From an uncultured virus (IMG/VR IMGVR_UViG_3300037296_000406) (Duplodnaviria > Heunggongvirae > Uroviricota > Caudoviricetes), in the IMG/VR virus record IMGVR_UViG_3300037296_000406: a DNA stretch of 64,000 bases. One strand, written 5' to 3'. The notes under the pieces are model-generated. The model was not told the origin of the DNA. It did no database searches and saw only the letters and a program-made list of their open reading frames with translations. Position 1 is the stretch's first letter. Every line of letters begins with the position of its first letter. A program made the position numbers and the translations under genes. Below, in pieces: positions 1-9,992 of this stretch.

Positions 1-408
1 CTCTTTTATTCTTGGACCAATACCCTGACCATTAGGAAGAAGTCTTGGAGGAATTACTTGCCTTACTTTTCTAAAGTATAAAGATTCTTTTTTTTCATTT
101 TTTTGTTGCTCTAATAAATTGTACTTTTTAATTTGGTCTTTTAAAAAAAGTTCTTGATTTTCAAATTCTGCACCATACTTACTTTCATAATGACCTTTTA
201 TTAAGAAACCTACTGTTCCTGCAACCGCACAATAAATAGCCGCATTCTTCATTTCTTCGCCTTCAGTTCCAGTACTATAACCTACAGCGGCACCTATAGC
301 ACATCCTGCAGTTGGTTCAAAGTACTCCCATTCAAATATCCCTGCGTTAGCTTTTTGCATATTTGAAATTCCTAGTAGTAAAATTAAGCTTATAATTATT
401 TTTTTCAT
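1..408 (-). CDS. Secreted glycine-zipper-like protein, paralog of 424..843 (runs off window start)
   Basis: Hand translation from ATG at 408: MKKIIISLILLLGISNMQKANAGIFEWEYFEPTAGCAIGAAVG...AAIYCAVAGTVGF; shares KANAG, FEPT-x2-CA-x-G-x-AVG and YC motifs with 424..843; SD AAGAGGA. Confidence 0.8.
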   Translation of the reverse strand, partial: MKKIIISLILLLGISNMQKANAGIFEWEYFEPTAGCAIGAAVGYSTGTEGEEMKNAAIYCAVAGTVGFLIKGHYESKYGAEFENQELFLKDQIKKYNLLEQQKNEKKESLYFRKVRQVIPPRLLPNGQGIGPRIKE

Positions 409-427
409 ATATCCTCTTTTTAATTAT
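400..427. repeat. 28-bp direct repeat, copy 1 (stop-SD-start junction)
   Basis: ttttttcatatatcctctttttaattat identical at 400-427 and 835-862. Confidence 0.9.
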
Positions 428-843
428 GGTGCTTTAAGCAATATTTTCTTTGTTGGAGAAAATACACTTCCGTCTGGTTGTTCTTGAGCTTCTTCTATCT
501 GTTCAGCTTCTATTGCATAATAATCGTCAATGATTCCTAAATTAGCTTTTTCAGCTTGACGGACAACCCTTACTCTTACTTCATCTTTTAATCTTTGTAT
601 CCTATCTTCATGAACAATATCTACCTTCTTTCTCCAATATTGATTCATAGTGTAACCTAATATGGCTCCACCTAAACAATAGAGACCTGCTTGTGTTGCA
701 TCTCCATCACCACTGATGCCTACGGCTCCACCGACTGCACAAAGAACTGTTGGTTCAAACCAATTAGAACTATAAAAACCTGCATTAGCTTTTGGGCTAA
801 CAAATAATAGTGTGAATGTTAATGTTAAAAATAATTTTTTCAT
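424..843 (-). CDS. Secreted glycine-zipper-like protein (possible T4SS envelope accessory)
   Basis: Signal peptide ending ANA; two Gly/Ala-rich hydrophobic segments (CAVGGAVGI, CLGGAILG); directly downstream of virB8-like gene. Confidence 0.6.
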   Translation of the reverse strand: MKKLFLTLTFTLLFVSPKANAGFYSSNWFEPTVLCAVGGAVGISGDGDATQAGLYCLGGAILGYTMNQYWRKKVDIVHEDRIQRLKDEVRVRVVRQAEKANLGIIDDYYAIEAEQIEEAQEQPDGSVFSPTKKILLKAP

Positions 844-862
844 ATATCCTCTTTTTAATTAT
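835..862. repeat. 28-bp direct repeat, copy 2
   Basis: Identical to 400-427. Confidence 0.9.
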
Positions 863-1629
863 TGATCGTTTGGTAAAATACTAAGTTCACGACTCTTTTT
901 GTCTAATAGTAATTTTTCACCCGGATTTAAAACTCTTTCTGATGACCATATCATATAGAAACCGGGTTTATTTTCCCATTCACCTTTTTCATCAACTCTA
1001 GGAAATGAATTCTCAACAATATACTTTATTTCTCTATATCCTAAAAAGTCAGGTGGTAAATTTTGTTTTTCTTGGTCTGCAGCGTCATAGATAGCATCAA
1101 ACTGACCTCTAACGATGACTGTAGTATTCATTGACATTGGAACTGGAAATGTGAGTATCTCATCAATTAAAAACACAATTGATTTCCTGTCTTGACTTAA
1201 AAGATTGTACATATCGCTTGATTGAGCATATTTTTTTTCGTTTAAACCTCTTTCAGGTCCTTTTGACATAAAAATAGCCTTCCACTTTGCATCTGATAGT
1301 CTTGCCTTATCATATCTTTTTGAACCATCTTTTTCTGTTACTAACTTATGAAAATCAAAAATTTGCTCATTTCTTGTTAAGTGCACATATTCTTCAATAA
1401 ACATTTGCATTTTAGCATCATGATTAATTGGATGAGCTGCCGATTGAATATATACTGCTGGGTAATGAGTTTCAATTTGTGGAATACATGAAACGGCATC
1501 TCTATCTTTAGCCCATTTTTCATTTATTACATTTTTAAAAATAGAGCTTCCGAAAGCAATGATAGTAAATATGATTAATAAATAAACTCTTCTTGAGAAT
1601 AGTTCAATTTCTTTAGTTTCTTTTTCCAC
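859..1629 (-). CDS. VirB8/TrbF-like T4SS inner-membrane protein
   Basis: Single N-terminal TM; FIEEYV helix; C-terminal ENKPGFYM resembling the VirB8 NPxGFxV motif; GTG start with GGAGG SD. Confidence 0.55.
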   Translation of the reverse strand: MEKETKEIELFSRRVYLLIIFTIIAFGSSIFKNVINEKWAKDRDAVSCIPQIETHYPAVYIQSAAHPINHDAKMQMFIEEYVHLTRNEQIFDFHKLVTEKDGSKRYDKARLSDAKWKAIFMSKGPERGLNEKKYAQSSDMYNLLSQDRKSIVFLIDEILTFPVPMSMNTTVIVRGQFDAIYDAADQEKQNLPPDFLGYREIKYIVENSFPRVDEKGEWENKPGFYMIWSSERVLNPGEKLLLDKKSRELSILPNDQ

Positions 1630-1646
1630 TACTTCCTCCAGTCACA

Positions 1647-1654
1647 TAAATGGT
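1647..1654 (-). promoter_or_regulatory. TCCATTTA-family motif (ACCATTTA)
   Basis: 17 nt upstream of start 1629, SD in between. Confidence 0.6.
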
Positions 1655-1680
1655 AAATATATAAAATATCCATTCGTTTT

Positions 1681-2460
1681 TTAAGATCTTTCTACATAGT
1701 TTTGGATATTTTCTATATTATAATCTATCTTTTTTATTAACTCTTCTTTTTTGTCTTCATCAGTATTCTTGATCATTTGCTTCATTGTATATGTATGAGA
1801 AATTTTTTCTTGAATTTTATAAATTCTTTCTAGCATTAATTTTTCACTTGTAGTGAGTTCATCTAGAAAACCTTTTTTTCTTGCTCTTTTTTTATCATAA
1901 GTTTCTTCGCCTGAAACTTCTTTTTGGACTATTTCTGCGTAACCCATTAGATTTAAATTCTTCAATTTATAAATAAGTCTCTTTTTTTCAAATCTTCCAG
2001 AAAGAAAAAGATTTAACAGGTAAACGATAAAGAACAAAATTAAAACCATCGATATTGGATAAAAAGCTATTCCTGTAGATAAATTATCATTATTTTTGTT
2101 AATGTTTTCTTTAGATTCAACTAAAGTAGATTCATATTTATCCCAAGACTTTTGTTCTAGTTTGTGATTCATTCTATATGTAAAAACTTCTTTAAAGATT
2201 GTTGCTTCGTTTACATCTGCTAAATCTCCAGTTTTATCTTTTAGTTTACTACCCTTTAAAATACTTATTCTTGAATAAGACAATTCTGCACTTTCTTTTA
2301 AAATAGCCATGTCTTTATCAGAATCAGGTGTATATTTGATTAGAAGTTTAATGTCATTCAAACATTCATCAATTTCACTAAATTTTGTGAAAGTATCATG
2401 GTCTTTATCTTTACAAATCTTTACTTTATTGTAAAGATTTTGCCATGTTATTTTACTCAT
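1681..2460 (-). CDS. Hypothetical protein with one central TM segment
   Basis: 259-aa ORF overlapping the helicase stop; hydrophobic IAFYPISMVLILFFIVYLLNLFL. Confidence 0.7.
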   Translation of the reverse strand: MSKITWQNLYNKVKICKDKDHDTFTKFSEIDECLNDIKLLIKYTPDSDKDMAILKESAELSYSRISILKGSKLKDKTGDLADVNEATIFKEVFTYRMNHKLEQKSWDKYESTLVESKENINKNNDNLSTGIAFYPISMVLILFFIVYLLNLFLSGRFEKKRLIYKLKNLNLMGYAEIVQKEVSGEETYDKKRARKKGFLDELTTSEKLMLERIYKIQEKISHTYTMKQMIKNTDEDKKEELIKKIDYNIENIQNYVERS

Positions 2461-4360
2461 TCATAAGCTCCATACCCTTTTTATATCGGTTGACAAGATT
2501 TTCAATTTCTTGAGTTCTCTCTTCATCTCTTTTAAGGTTTTTTGCTTTTAAATCGTTATACTTTGACTTGAAAAGATTTAAAGTATCTATATTTGCGTTT
2601 GGATACACCGCAGAAAATAATTTTTTATATTCCACTTTAGATTGTTCTATTTTTTCATTAGTTTCAAATCTTCTTTTCTTAACAACGGCAAATTCACTAT
2701 CTTCATCTTCTTCAAATAGTTCTCCTTCATCTCCTAAAGATTCTAGCTCAACTGTTAAATCCTTAAAATCGCTTTCTAATTTATTAATATCAGTTGCAAG
2801 ATAATTCATCGTTTCAATCATTTTAATATGGTCAAAATTATCTTTACCTAAAGCTAAATTTATTTCAGCTTCTTCTTTTTGTTCATCAGATAAACCTGTT
2901 CCATCATTTTCTTCATAACCATCAGTTCCAGAGATAACATCAGCTTTTGCATTATATGTTTTACCCGGAATTAAATTACAATGAGAAAAGTCCGTAAAAA
3001 GTCCGTATTCTTTACCTTTTACACCATGTCTTTGTTTTTCTAAGAAAACCCTCATCTTCCCTTCAGGTCGCTCATCATCAGTCATATTTAATGACAAAAT
3101 AACACCAGAAACTCTTGCAATTTCGAAGGCTTCTGATATATCTGCTGAACGAAGGACTGGTCGATTATCACCTGCATTTTTATTATATGTAACATTTTGA
3201 GTTTCCTGACCTTGTCTTGTTGCTTGTACAGGTGTAACTACAACAGCATTAAACTTTCTTGCAATATTCACAAGTCCTCTGTGAACTATTGACATTGTAT
3301 GTCTGTGAGCATCTACTTTTATTTGAGTACTTAAAAGTTGACCATAATCAACAATTAACATATCAAAAGGGAATTCTTTATATATTTCATTACATTCAGC
3401 TATTAACTCTTCAATAGTCATATTAAAATCGACCATATTTCTTACCATTAAACGAGTCTCATTAAACTGTTCTTCAGCTTTATCTAATCTACCTAACTCT
3501 TCTGGAGTTAATGAATTGTTAATCATTTTACCATATTCAACATGAGCAAGATTAGATCCAAATCTCATAATAGCTTCATCACGCATCCCTTCCAAAGCAA
3601 CAAAAAGAACCTTAGTTCCTAAGTCGTTTCCTTCATCGTCAGTTGCTCTCAAGGCATTACACGCAAGAGATATACAAAACATAGTTTTACCTACATTTGT
3701 TCCAGATAATACTGAAATTAATGATTCCCTAGGAAGTCCTCCGTTAAGGTCATTATCTAATTCGACAATACCAGTTGCAAGAGTTCTCGAGAAAAGACCT
3801 TGACTTTCAGCAAGAAAAGTTTTTAAGTCTTTTAATGTAACAACATCTTGTTTATCAAATGAAACTTTATATATATTGTCAAGTAAAGTCTGCATTTTTG
3901 CTGGGGCATCTTCAGGATCTTTCTTAAAAACATCTTTAACATCAGATAATGCTTTTAGAAATTTTGTTTGTTTTACGAATGCTGAAATATAGTCTCTATA
4001 GAACCTATCATTTCCAACATCAAATTCCATTATTCTATCGAATGTTTTTATTAATTCTGCTCTTGAAGGTCTTTCTTTATTACCTTGTTCTGGTGACTGA
4101 AACAACATTTGTCTCATTTGGGCTTCGGTTGGTTTCATTCCATAAGCGGTAAAAGCTTCAACGATTTTGTTAAAAACCCCTTTAATTCCTTTGGTATCAA
4201 ATACGGCAAAGGTTGATTGAGCATCGTCCCCAATCGACCTTACCATTTGAGAACAAAAGTGGTCTTCTGTCATCATCATTTTGATTACTCCAAATTGAAA
4301 TAATCCGTCAAATATAGGTGCGTCTCTTCTTTGAGACGCTTCTTGATTTTCTTCACTCAT
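2453..4360 (-). CDS. Replicative DNA helicase, DnaB/T4 gp41-like (SF4), with acidic C-terminal extension
   Basis: TGIVELDNDLNGGL; Walker A SGTNVGKT; FVALEG; Walker B LIVDYGQLL; QATRQG; ADISEA; KQRHG arginine finger. Confidence 0.9.
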   Translation of the reverse strand: MSEENQEASQRRDAPIFDGLFQFGVIKMMMTEDHFCSQMVRSIGDDAQSTFAVFDTKGIKGVFNKIVEAFTAYGMKPTEAQMRQMLFQSPEQGNKERPSRAELIKTFDRIMEFDVGNDRFYRDYISAFVKQTKFLKALSDVKDVFKKDPEDAPAKMQTLLDNIYKVSFDKQDVVTLKDLKTFLAESQGLFSRTLATGIVELDNDLNGGLPRESLISVLSGTNVGKTMFCISLACNALRATDDEGNDLGTKVLFVALEGMRDEAIMRFGSNLAHVEYGKMINNSLTPEELGRLDKAEEQFNETRLMVRNMVDFNMTIEELIAECNEIYKEFPFDMLIVDYGQLLSTQIKVDAHRHTMSIVHRGLVNIARKFNAVVVTPVQATRQGQETQNVTYNKNAGDNRPVLRSADISEAFEIARVSGVILSLNMTDDERPEGKMRVFLEKQRHGVKGKEYGLFTDFSHCNLIPGKTYNAKADVISGTDGYEENDGTGLSDEQKEEAEINLALGKDNFDHIKMIETMNYLATDINKLESDFKDLTVELESLGDEGELFEEDEDSEFAVVKKRRFETNEKIEQSKVEYKKLFSAVYPNANIDTLNLFKSKYNDLKAKNLKRDEERTQEIENLVNRYKKGMELMNE

Positions 4361-4392
4361 TAAATATTCTCCACATTTTAATTATGCTCACC

Positions 4393-4400
4393 TAAATGGA
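4393..4400 (-). promoter_or_regulatory. TCCATTTA motif
   Basis: 32 nt upstream of helicase ATG, GGAG SD in between. Confidence 0.65.
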
Positions 4401-4420
4401 TAGTTTAAGATTTTAAATAT

Positions 4421-5149
4421 TTATCTTTTTTTTGTATTAATTCTATCTGCACCTATTTCTGTAATATATTCAATGTGATATTTTTGCTTTAATACAGTCT
4501 TAAACTTAGTCAATTCCTGTTTAAGCTTATTAAACCTTCCACCCCATTCTTCTCTTAACTCTTTTTGGCTTAATTGAATTCTATAACTTTGCTCAAAAAA
4601 CCTTTGAAAGTCGGTACTTTTCTTATTCAATTCAAGAAATATATTACTGGTAGCTTCATATTCATGATTAAATTCAGTGAAGTCTCCATCAAAATCTTCA
4701 TCATAAGCTACATCAATAGGTGTTCCTCTTGGACCAATCCCCCTTTTCTTCTTATAATCTCTTGCTTCACAAGCAACAAAATTAACTCTTCCGTAGTAAT
4801 AATTTTGAAAATAAAATTTTAAAGTTTTAGAAGCTGTTTTACCTTCTATATCGTAATCGGATATTTCTCCACATTTTGATTTATCAAATTTACCTAAAAT
4901 ATTTTCCATAAATATCCAAGCTTCTCCAATTAAGTCATCATTAACTTCATAATCAGATAATAAAGCAGAACTTGTCATTCTTACAATATATGCATTCCTA
5001 CACTTTTCCCAACAAACCTCTCTAAGATGTACTTTCTCTTTTTCTGTTAGAGGGTCAACTGCTGGATTTCTTGCAGACCTATCAGGGTATCTTTGTACCG
5101 CATTGTCTGCTTTTAGTAACATTGGTGATCCATTTCCGTCATTTGCCAT
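4421..5149 (-). CDS. Divergent sigma70-family-like factor
   Basis: DDLIGEAWIFMENILGKFDKSK...TLKFYFQNY resembles sigma region 2 (DLxQEg...kFDxsk...f.tY); C-terminal LSQKELREEWG resembles a region-4 HTH. Confidence 0.5.
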   Translation of the reverse strand: MANDGNGSPMLLKADNAVQRYPDRSARNPAVDPLTEKEKVHLREVCWEKCRNAYIVRMTSSALLSDYEVNDDLIGEAWIFMENILGKFDKSKCGEISDYDIEGKTASKTLKFYFQNYYYGRVNFVACEARDYKKKRGIGPRGTPIDVAYDEDFDGDFTEFNHEYEATSNIFLELNKKSTDFQRFFEQSYRIQLSQKELREEWGGRFNKLKQELTKFKTVLKQKYHIEYITEIGADRINTKKR

Positions 5150-5269
5150 TTTATAACTCCTTTATATAAATTGTTATTTACTTCTATATATTCTCTTTAT
5201 CGTAAAAAAAGGTTCAAATACTTTTTTTTACATTAAGAAAAAATAAAAAAGATATTTTTTTTTGTTATT

Positions 5270-5277
5270 TCCATTTA
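5270..5277 (+). promoter_or_regulatory. TCCATTTA motif
   Basis: 84 nt upstream of the ATG at 5362 (longest spacing seen). Confidence 0.45.
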
Positions 5278-5361
5278 TCTTTTGAAACAACTACATATTT
5301 AACTTATATATTATAAATAGAAATTAAAATTGCGAAATAATTAAAACAAGGAGAAAATTAG

Positions 5362-6294
5362 ATGGCGAATCAAAAATTAAAGACATTACTACAAAAAGCT
5401 CAGAGCGGTTCTCGAACAATACCTTACAAAAAGATGTTTATTACAGCAAATGGTACTGAGTACAGGTTTAGACCTTTATCAACACTATTAATAGACCCAA
5501 AAGAAGTTCCTTTTATTAAGGTTAGACTTCATGGTGGATATAAGCATCCAAATTTTGAAGGTAGTTTTGCATCTAATTATAGATGTCTGGGTAAAGATTG
5601 CCCAATGTGCGTTGATGTTAAAGCAATTAAAAATGTTGAATATACTAATAATTTATCAAGAGAATTAAGAACTGCGTGGAAAAAAGATAAAAGTCAATAT
5701 GCAATTCTTTGGGCTATTAATTTAGATAATAACGAATTAACTTTAGTAATGATACAAGACACAGATAGATTTAAAAAAATGAAAGATGAGAAAACTGGAA
5801 AAGATGAGTGGAAAAAAATAAACACAACTTGTCAAGAAATTGTTTTCAATAAATTAATGACTGCTGCTGAAAATGGATTAGACCCATTTGATTATGATGC
5901 TGGTAACGATATTGTGATTAAAAGTAAAAAAGTTGATAATGTTGTTCATTGGGATGTTTCTGTTATTAATGAAAAAAATAGTGTACCTGCTGAAATAAGA
6001 GAAAAATTAAAAAATGTACCTAAGCTTGAAGATTTGTATAAAAAATACACTAAAGAAGAGTTGGAATATATTGTAAAAGGGAAACCTTTCAATAAGGATT
6101 TAACAAAACAAAAAGTTGCTGAAGTTAAAGAATCTACTGAAGAAAAGGTTAGTGATATATCTAATGAAACTTTTGAAGAAGATTCTTCAGATAGCGACGA
6201 AGCAGCTTTGCTCGGTGATGACTCTAGTTTTGAAGATGATGATAGCTATAGTGACCTAAGTGACTCTTTGAGAGATATTTTAAATAAAAGTTAA
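5362..6294 (+). CDS. Single-stranded DNA-binding protein, T4 gp32-like
   Basis: YRFRP; H...CLGKDCPMC Zn motif; DPFDYDAGNDIVIK; highly acidic C-terminal tail ending LRDILNKS; first gene of the recA cluster. Confidence 0.75.
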   Translation: MANQKLKTLLQKAQSGSRTIPYKKMFITANGTEYRFRPLSTLLIDPKEVPFIKVRLHGGYKHPNFEGSFASNYRCLGKDCPMCVDVKAIKNVEYTNNLSRELRTAWKKDKSQYAILWAINLDNNELTLVMIQDTDRFKKMKDEKTGKDEWKKINTTCQEIVFNKLMTAAENGLDPFDYDAGNDIVIKSKKVDNVVHWDVSVINEKNSVPAEIREKLKNVPKLEDLYKKYTKEELEYIVKGKPFNKDLTKQKVAEVKESTEEKVSDISNETFEEDSSDSDEAALLGDDSSFEDDDSYSDLSDSLRDILNKS

Positions 6295-6309
6295 TATAAT
6301 AAGGAAAGT

Positions 6310-7068
6310 ATGAATATTAAAGAAGTTGAAATTGTTAAAGAAATGAAAGAGTTTCAAGAAACTTATCAAACGATAATTAATCAAATTGATTATTCATACA
6401 CTGGTTTATCCAAAGCGAAAGACCAGTTTCCTTTAAGTTTTTTAACTAAAACTGGTATTGAGACTCATATTACTAAATTGTTTGGAAAAAATAAAGATAG
6501 AATTAATTTTGCGAATGAATCTATTAAAAAAAATAGATTATTACTTCAGACAGAACAAAATCTATTAAAGAAAATAGATGTAGATAATATTGTTGAATAC
6601 GAGAAAATATCTAATAAAATTAAGAAAATAAAAGATACCATATTAAGAGAACAGAGTGAAACTCAATTACTTAGAAAATTAGAGCTACAAGTAAGTCCAG
6701 AAAAGGTGACTTATTTTTACGAAGACCTTTTACTTTTTGTTGCAAATTGTAAGCATGAAGCTTTAGAAATGTGGAAATACTCAAGCACAGTTTTTGATGA
6801 TATTAAAACAACTGAAGAACATTTTGCTGGACGATTCCTTATTGATGTTGCTGATGATGCTTTAAAAGATAAGGGTTACACCAAAATCATTGGAGATTTT
6901 AGAATAGCTTACCTTAATTCTAGAATAGAGTTAAAAGATTTAAGACAGATGATGGGACGTGCTAAAGTTGTTCGTGATGCATCATCAAAACTTTTGTCAG
7001 CATTAGAGGCTGATGAAGTTAATTTTAGGAAATTTACAGAAAGAATGAATAAACTTGGCGGAATATAA
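6310..7068 (+). CDS. Coiled-coil protein, possible UvsY-like recombination mediator
   Basis: Helical; lies between gp32-like SSB and recA; the call is mainly positional. Confidence 0.35.
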   Translation: MNIKEVEIVKEMKEFQETYQTIINQIDYSYTGLSKAKDQFPLSFLTKTGIETHITKLFGKNKDRINFANESIKKNRLLLQTEQNLLKKIDVDNIVEYEKISNKIKKIKDTILREQSETQLLRKLELQVSPEKVTYFYEDLLLFVANCKHEALEMWKYSSTVFDDIKTTEEHFAGRFLIDVADDALKDKGYTKIIGDFRIAYLNSRIELKDLRQMMGRAKVVRDASSKLLSALEADEVNFRKFTERMNKLGGI

Positions 7069-7090
7069 TTAATAACATGGAGGAATAGTT

Positions 7091-8218
7091 ATGAGCAAGA
7101 AAGTAGAAATGAGTGAAAAACAAAAACGTTTAGAGGCAATTAGAAGTACTGTAAACAAGAAATTTGGAAGTGATGAAACAATGATGCTTGCAGGTGCACA
7201 ACCTAAAGCAATTGAGGCAACTTCTACAGGATCTATGCAATTAGATTTAGCATTAGGCGTTGGTGGAGTCCCTAATGGAAGAATTCTTGAAGTCTATGGA
7301 CCAGAAGCTTCTGGTAAGACAACATTAGCTCTTCATGTTGCAGCTGAAACACAAAGAAAAGGTGGAACGGTTGCATTTATTGATGCAGAGCACGCGCTTG
7401 ACCCAAATTATGCAAAAGCTATTGGCGTTAAAATGGATGAGTTATTAATTGCTCAACCAGAATCAGGAAATCAAGCTCTTGAGATAACAGATATGCTAAT
7501 GGGCGAAGTTGACTTGGTTATTATTGACTCGGTAGCAGCTTTAACTCCTATTGAAGAACTTGAAGGTTCTATGGAAGATATGCAAATGGGTGCTCAGGCA
7601 AGAATGATGTCAAAAGGACTTAGAAAAATTGTTGGTAAAGCTGGAAGAAGTAAAACGACAGTTCTTTGTATTAACCAAATTAGAATGAAAATTGGTTTTG
7701 TTTTAGGTAACCCAGAGACAACTCCGGGTGGTAATGCTCTAAAATATGCAGCATCACTTAGATTAGAAATCAGAAGAGGTAAGTCAACAACTGGAGATGT
7801 TTCAACTCACGGAGTAATGAGAGTTAAAATTGTAAAAAATAAAGTTGCTACACCGTTTAAGTCAGTAGAAGTTCCAATAATTTTTGGTAAAGGTATTGAC
7901 CAAGTTGGTGAGGTTTACCAGATTGCAAAAGAAGCAGTTGAACTAATCGAAACTGGTGGTGGTACTCATTATTATGTTGGAGAGCCTGTTACCTTATCTG
8001 ACGGAACTAAACTTATGGGTGGTGAAAAAAGTGCTGAAAATAAGTTTGCAAGTAAGAGAGTTGATGCTCTTGAATTGCTAGAAAAAGATCCGATTTTTTA
8101 CGAATCGCTTAGAAAGCAAGTAAGAGAAAGGCTAGATATGTTACTCGCAGGTAAAACATGGAAAAAACCTGTTGAGGAAGCTAGTAAAGAAGATTCCTCA
8201 GAAGGTTCTGAAGAATAA
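7091..8218 (+). CDS. recA: Recombinase RecA
   Basis: STGSMQLDLALGVGG; GPEASGKTT; FIDAEHALDP; IIDSVAAL; INQIRMKIG; ETTPGGNALKYAAS; KNKVA. Confidence 0.97.
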   Translation: MSKKVEMSEKQKRLEAIRSTVNKKFGSDETMMLAGAQPKAIEATSTGSMQLDLALGVGGVPNGRILEVYGPEASGKTTLALHVAAETQRKGGTVAFIDAEHALDPNYAKAIGVKMDELLIAQPESGNQALEITDMLMGEVDLVIIDSVAALTPIEELEGSMEDMQMGAQARMMSKGLRKIVGKAGRSKTTVLCINQIRMKIGFVLGNPETTPGGNALKYAASLRLEIRRGKSTTGDVSTHGVMRVKIVKNKVATPFKSVEVPIIFGKGIDQVGEVYQIAKEAVELIETGGGTHYYVGEPVTLSDGTKLMGGEKSAENKFASKRVDALELLEKDPIFYESLRKQVRERLDMLLAGKTWKKPVEEASKEDSSEGSEE

Positions 8219-8243
8219 AATTCTAAATAAATAAAATAAACAG

Positions 8244-8264
8244 GGCTTCTTCGGAAGCCTTTTT
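8244..8264 (+). terminator. Intrinsic terminator with C(UUCG)G tetraloop
   Basis: GGCTTC-TTCG-GAAGCC followed by TTTTT, just after the recA stop. Confidence 0.85.
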
Positions 8265-8271
8265 CCATTTA
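8264..8271 (+). promoter_or_regulatory. TCCATTTA motif
   Basis: 9 nt before ATG 8281, abutting the terminator T-tract. Confidence 0.65.
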
Positions 8272-8280
8272 GGTACTACT

Positions 8281-9990
8281 ATGATAACATTTGAACAATA
8301 TAATCACAAAATCTTTTTTAAAAACGCTTCTGAGACTGAGAAGGAATTTCTAGATAAAAAACTAAAGTTTTTTTCACCTAAATTTGGTTTTGGGTTTGAA
8401 AAGAAATTTACTGTAACATCTATATTAAATAAAAAAGAGAAATCTTTTCCAGCTGCTTATTTAAGTAGAATATTATCGAAACTTGAAAAAGAAAAAATAA
8501 AATACAAGGTTGAAGATTGTAGGCAAATGCCATTAGGAAGATTTAATTTTATGTTAAGAAATACTCTTCCTGAATTATGGGTTACTCAAAAAGAGGCACT
8601 TGAAGCAATTAAAACCCATAATGTCGGAGTAATATCTTCTGCAACTGGTAGTGGTAAAAGTAGACTGATACTTGAAACTGTTCTTGATAAAAATTGTAAA
8701 ACATTAATTGTTGTTCCAACAGAAAACATTAGAGACCAGTTAGTTGATTTCTTTGAAGATTATATAGGTGATAAAAATGTAACGACAAAGGCTCCTAAGT
8801 TAGACGCAGATTTTTACTTAAAAAGTGATGAAGATGAAGAAGTCACGGTTAGTGATGAAGATGAAGAAGAAATTGAAGAGACTCCAGTAGATAAACTTAA
8901 AAAAATATTCAATAGTGGTACATCACATAGTCGAAGTGAAAGATCTTCTGACTCTGATAAAAAATTGAGTCAATTAAATAATCTTTACACACATTCTAAT
9001 TACGATGAGGAAAATGTTTCTCCCGAAGCTAAATTTAAAAAGGATAAAGGTCTTTATAAGTACAAAGATAAAAAAGATGTTTACCAAAAAGAAAAAAAGA
9101 AAAAAATAAAGAGCATCAGAAAGAAAATAAAGCCTGTTACGATTATGTGTTATCAATCATTAAGAAATGTCTCTAGAGAATTTCTGAAAGAAATCGAATG
9201 TATTATTGTTGACGAATGTCATCAATCAAGTGCAGAAACGATTAGAACGTCTTTACTAGAAATGGAGACCGCTGGGTATAGATATTTCTTTTCAGCTACA
9301 CCTTGGAGAGATATGACTGCTCAAATGGAGTTGTTAATATCATCTATTGGTGAAAACATGATATATGAATTAAAAGGTAAAGATGCTGCTGATCAAAACA
9401 TTATATCAAGACCTAAATACAGACTTGTAAACCCTCCAAAGCCACTGGAATGGCTCAGAGATATTCCTAAAAGAAAATATAGAGAATTACTTGAAAGAGG
9501 TATAATCGGAAATGAATCTAGAAACCAAGTTATTGTTGAAGAAGCTATCGAGTTATATGAAAATGAATTCAATGTATTTATAGCTGTTGATGAAATTAGT
9601 CATTTAATGATTCTTGAAAAAAGATTTAAAGATAAAGGAATTGATGTTATTACTATTCACGGGGAAATGGATTCTCATGAAAAAAATAATAAAGTTAAAC
9701 AAGTTGGTGAAAAGAAAGGTTCTTGTATAAGTATTGGGACGATGGCTGTTGGTATTGGGACGAATATGCCAGAAATAAATGCAGTTGTATTGGCTTCAGG
9801 TGGAAAAAGTACAATAAGATTTTTGCAAAGAATAGGTAGGGGATCTAGAAAAACAGCTTCAGATAAAGATTTTATCGTAGTTGACTTTTTTGACTGGTAT
9901 CATGATACATTAATTAAACACTCTAAGGAAAGAGTAAAAACATTTGAAAAAGAGTTTGAGATGGATGGTATGTCTTTACCTAAAGAGTAA
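8281..9990 (+). CDS. SF2 DExH helicase, UvsW/XPB-like
   Basis: Q-motif TQKEAL; SATGSGKS; IVVPT; IVDECH; SATP; GIGTNMP; QRIGRGSR; VVDFFD. Confidence 0.9.
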   Translation: MITFEQYNHKIFFKNASETEKEFLDKKLKFFSPKFGFGFEKKFTVTSILNKKEKSFPAAYLSRILSKLEKEKIKYKVEDCRQMPLGRFNFMLRNTLPELWVTQKEALEAIKTHNVGVISSATGSGKSRLILETVLDKNCKTLIVVPTENIRDQLVDFFEDYIGDKNVTTKAPKLDADFYLKSDEDEEVTVSDEDEEEIEETPVDKLKKIFNSGTSHSRSERSSDSDKKLSQLNNLYTHSNYDEENVSPEAKFKKDKGLYKYKDKKDVYQKEKKKKIKSIRKKIKPVTIMCYQSLRNVSREFLKEIECIIVDECHQSSAETIRTSLLEMETAGYRYFFSATPWRDMTAQMELLISSIGENMIYELKGKDAADQNIISRPKYRLVNPPKPLEWLRDIPKRKYRELLERGIIGNESRNQVIVEEAIELYENEFNVFIAVDEISHLMILEKRFKDKGIDVITIHGEMDSHEKNNKVKQVGEKKGSCISIGTMAVGIGTNMPEINAVVLASGGKSTIRFLQRIGRGSRKTASDKDFIVVDFFDWYHDTLIKHSKERVKTFEKEFEMDGMSLPKE

Positions 9991-9992
9991 AA

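Noticed and set aside
5312..5319. Exact T4 late promoter consensus TATAAATA upstream of the SSB gene
   Set aside because: All-AT octamer expected by chance here; not systematically placed upstream of genes, unlike TCCATTTA.
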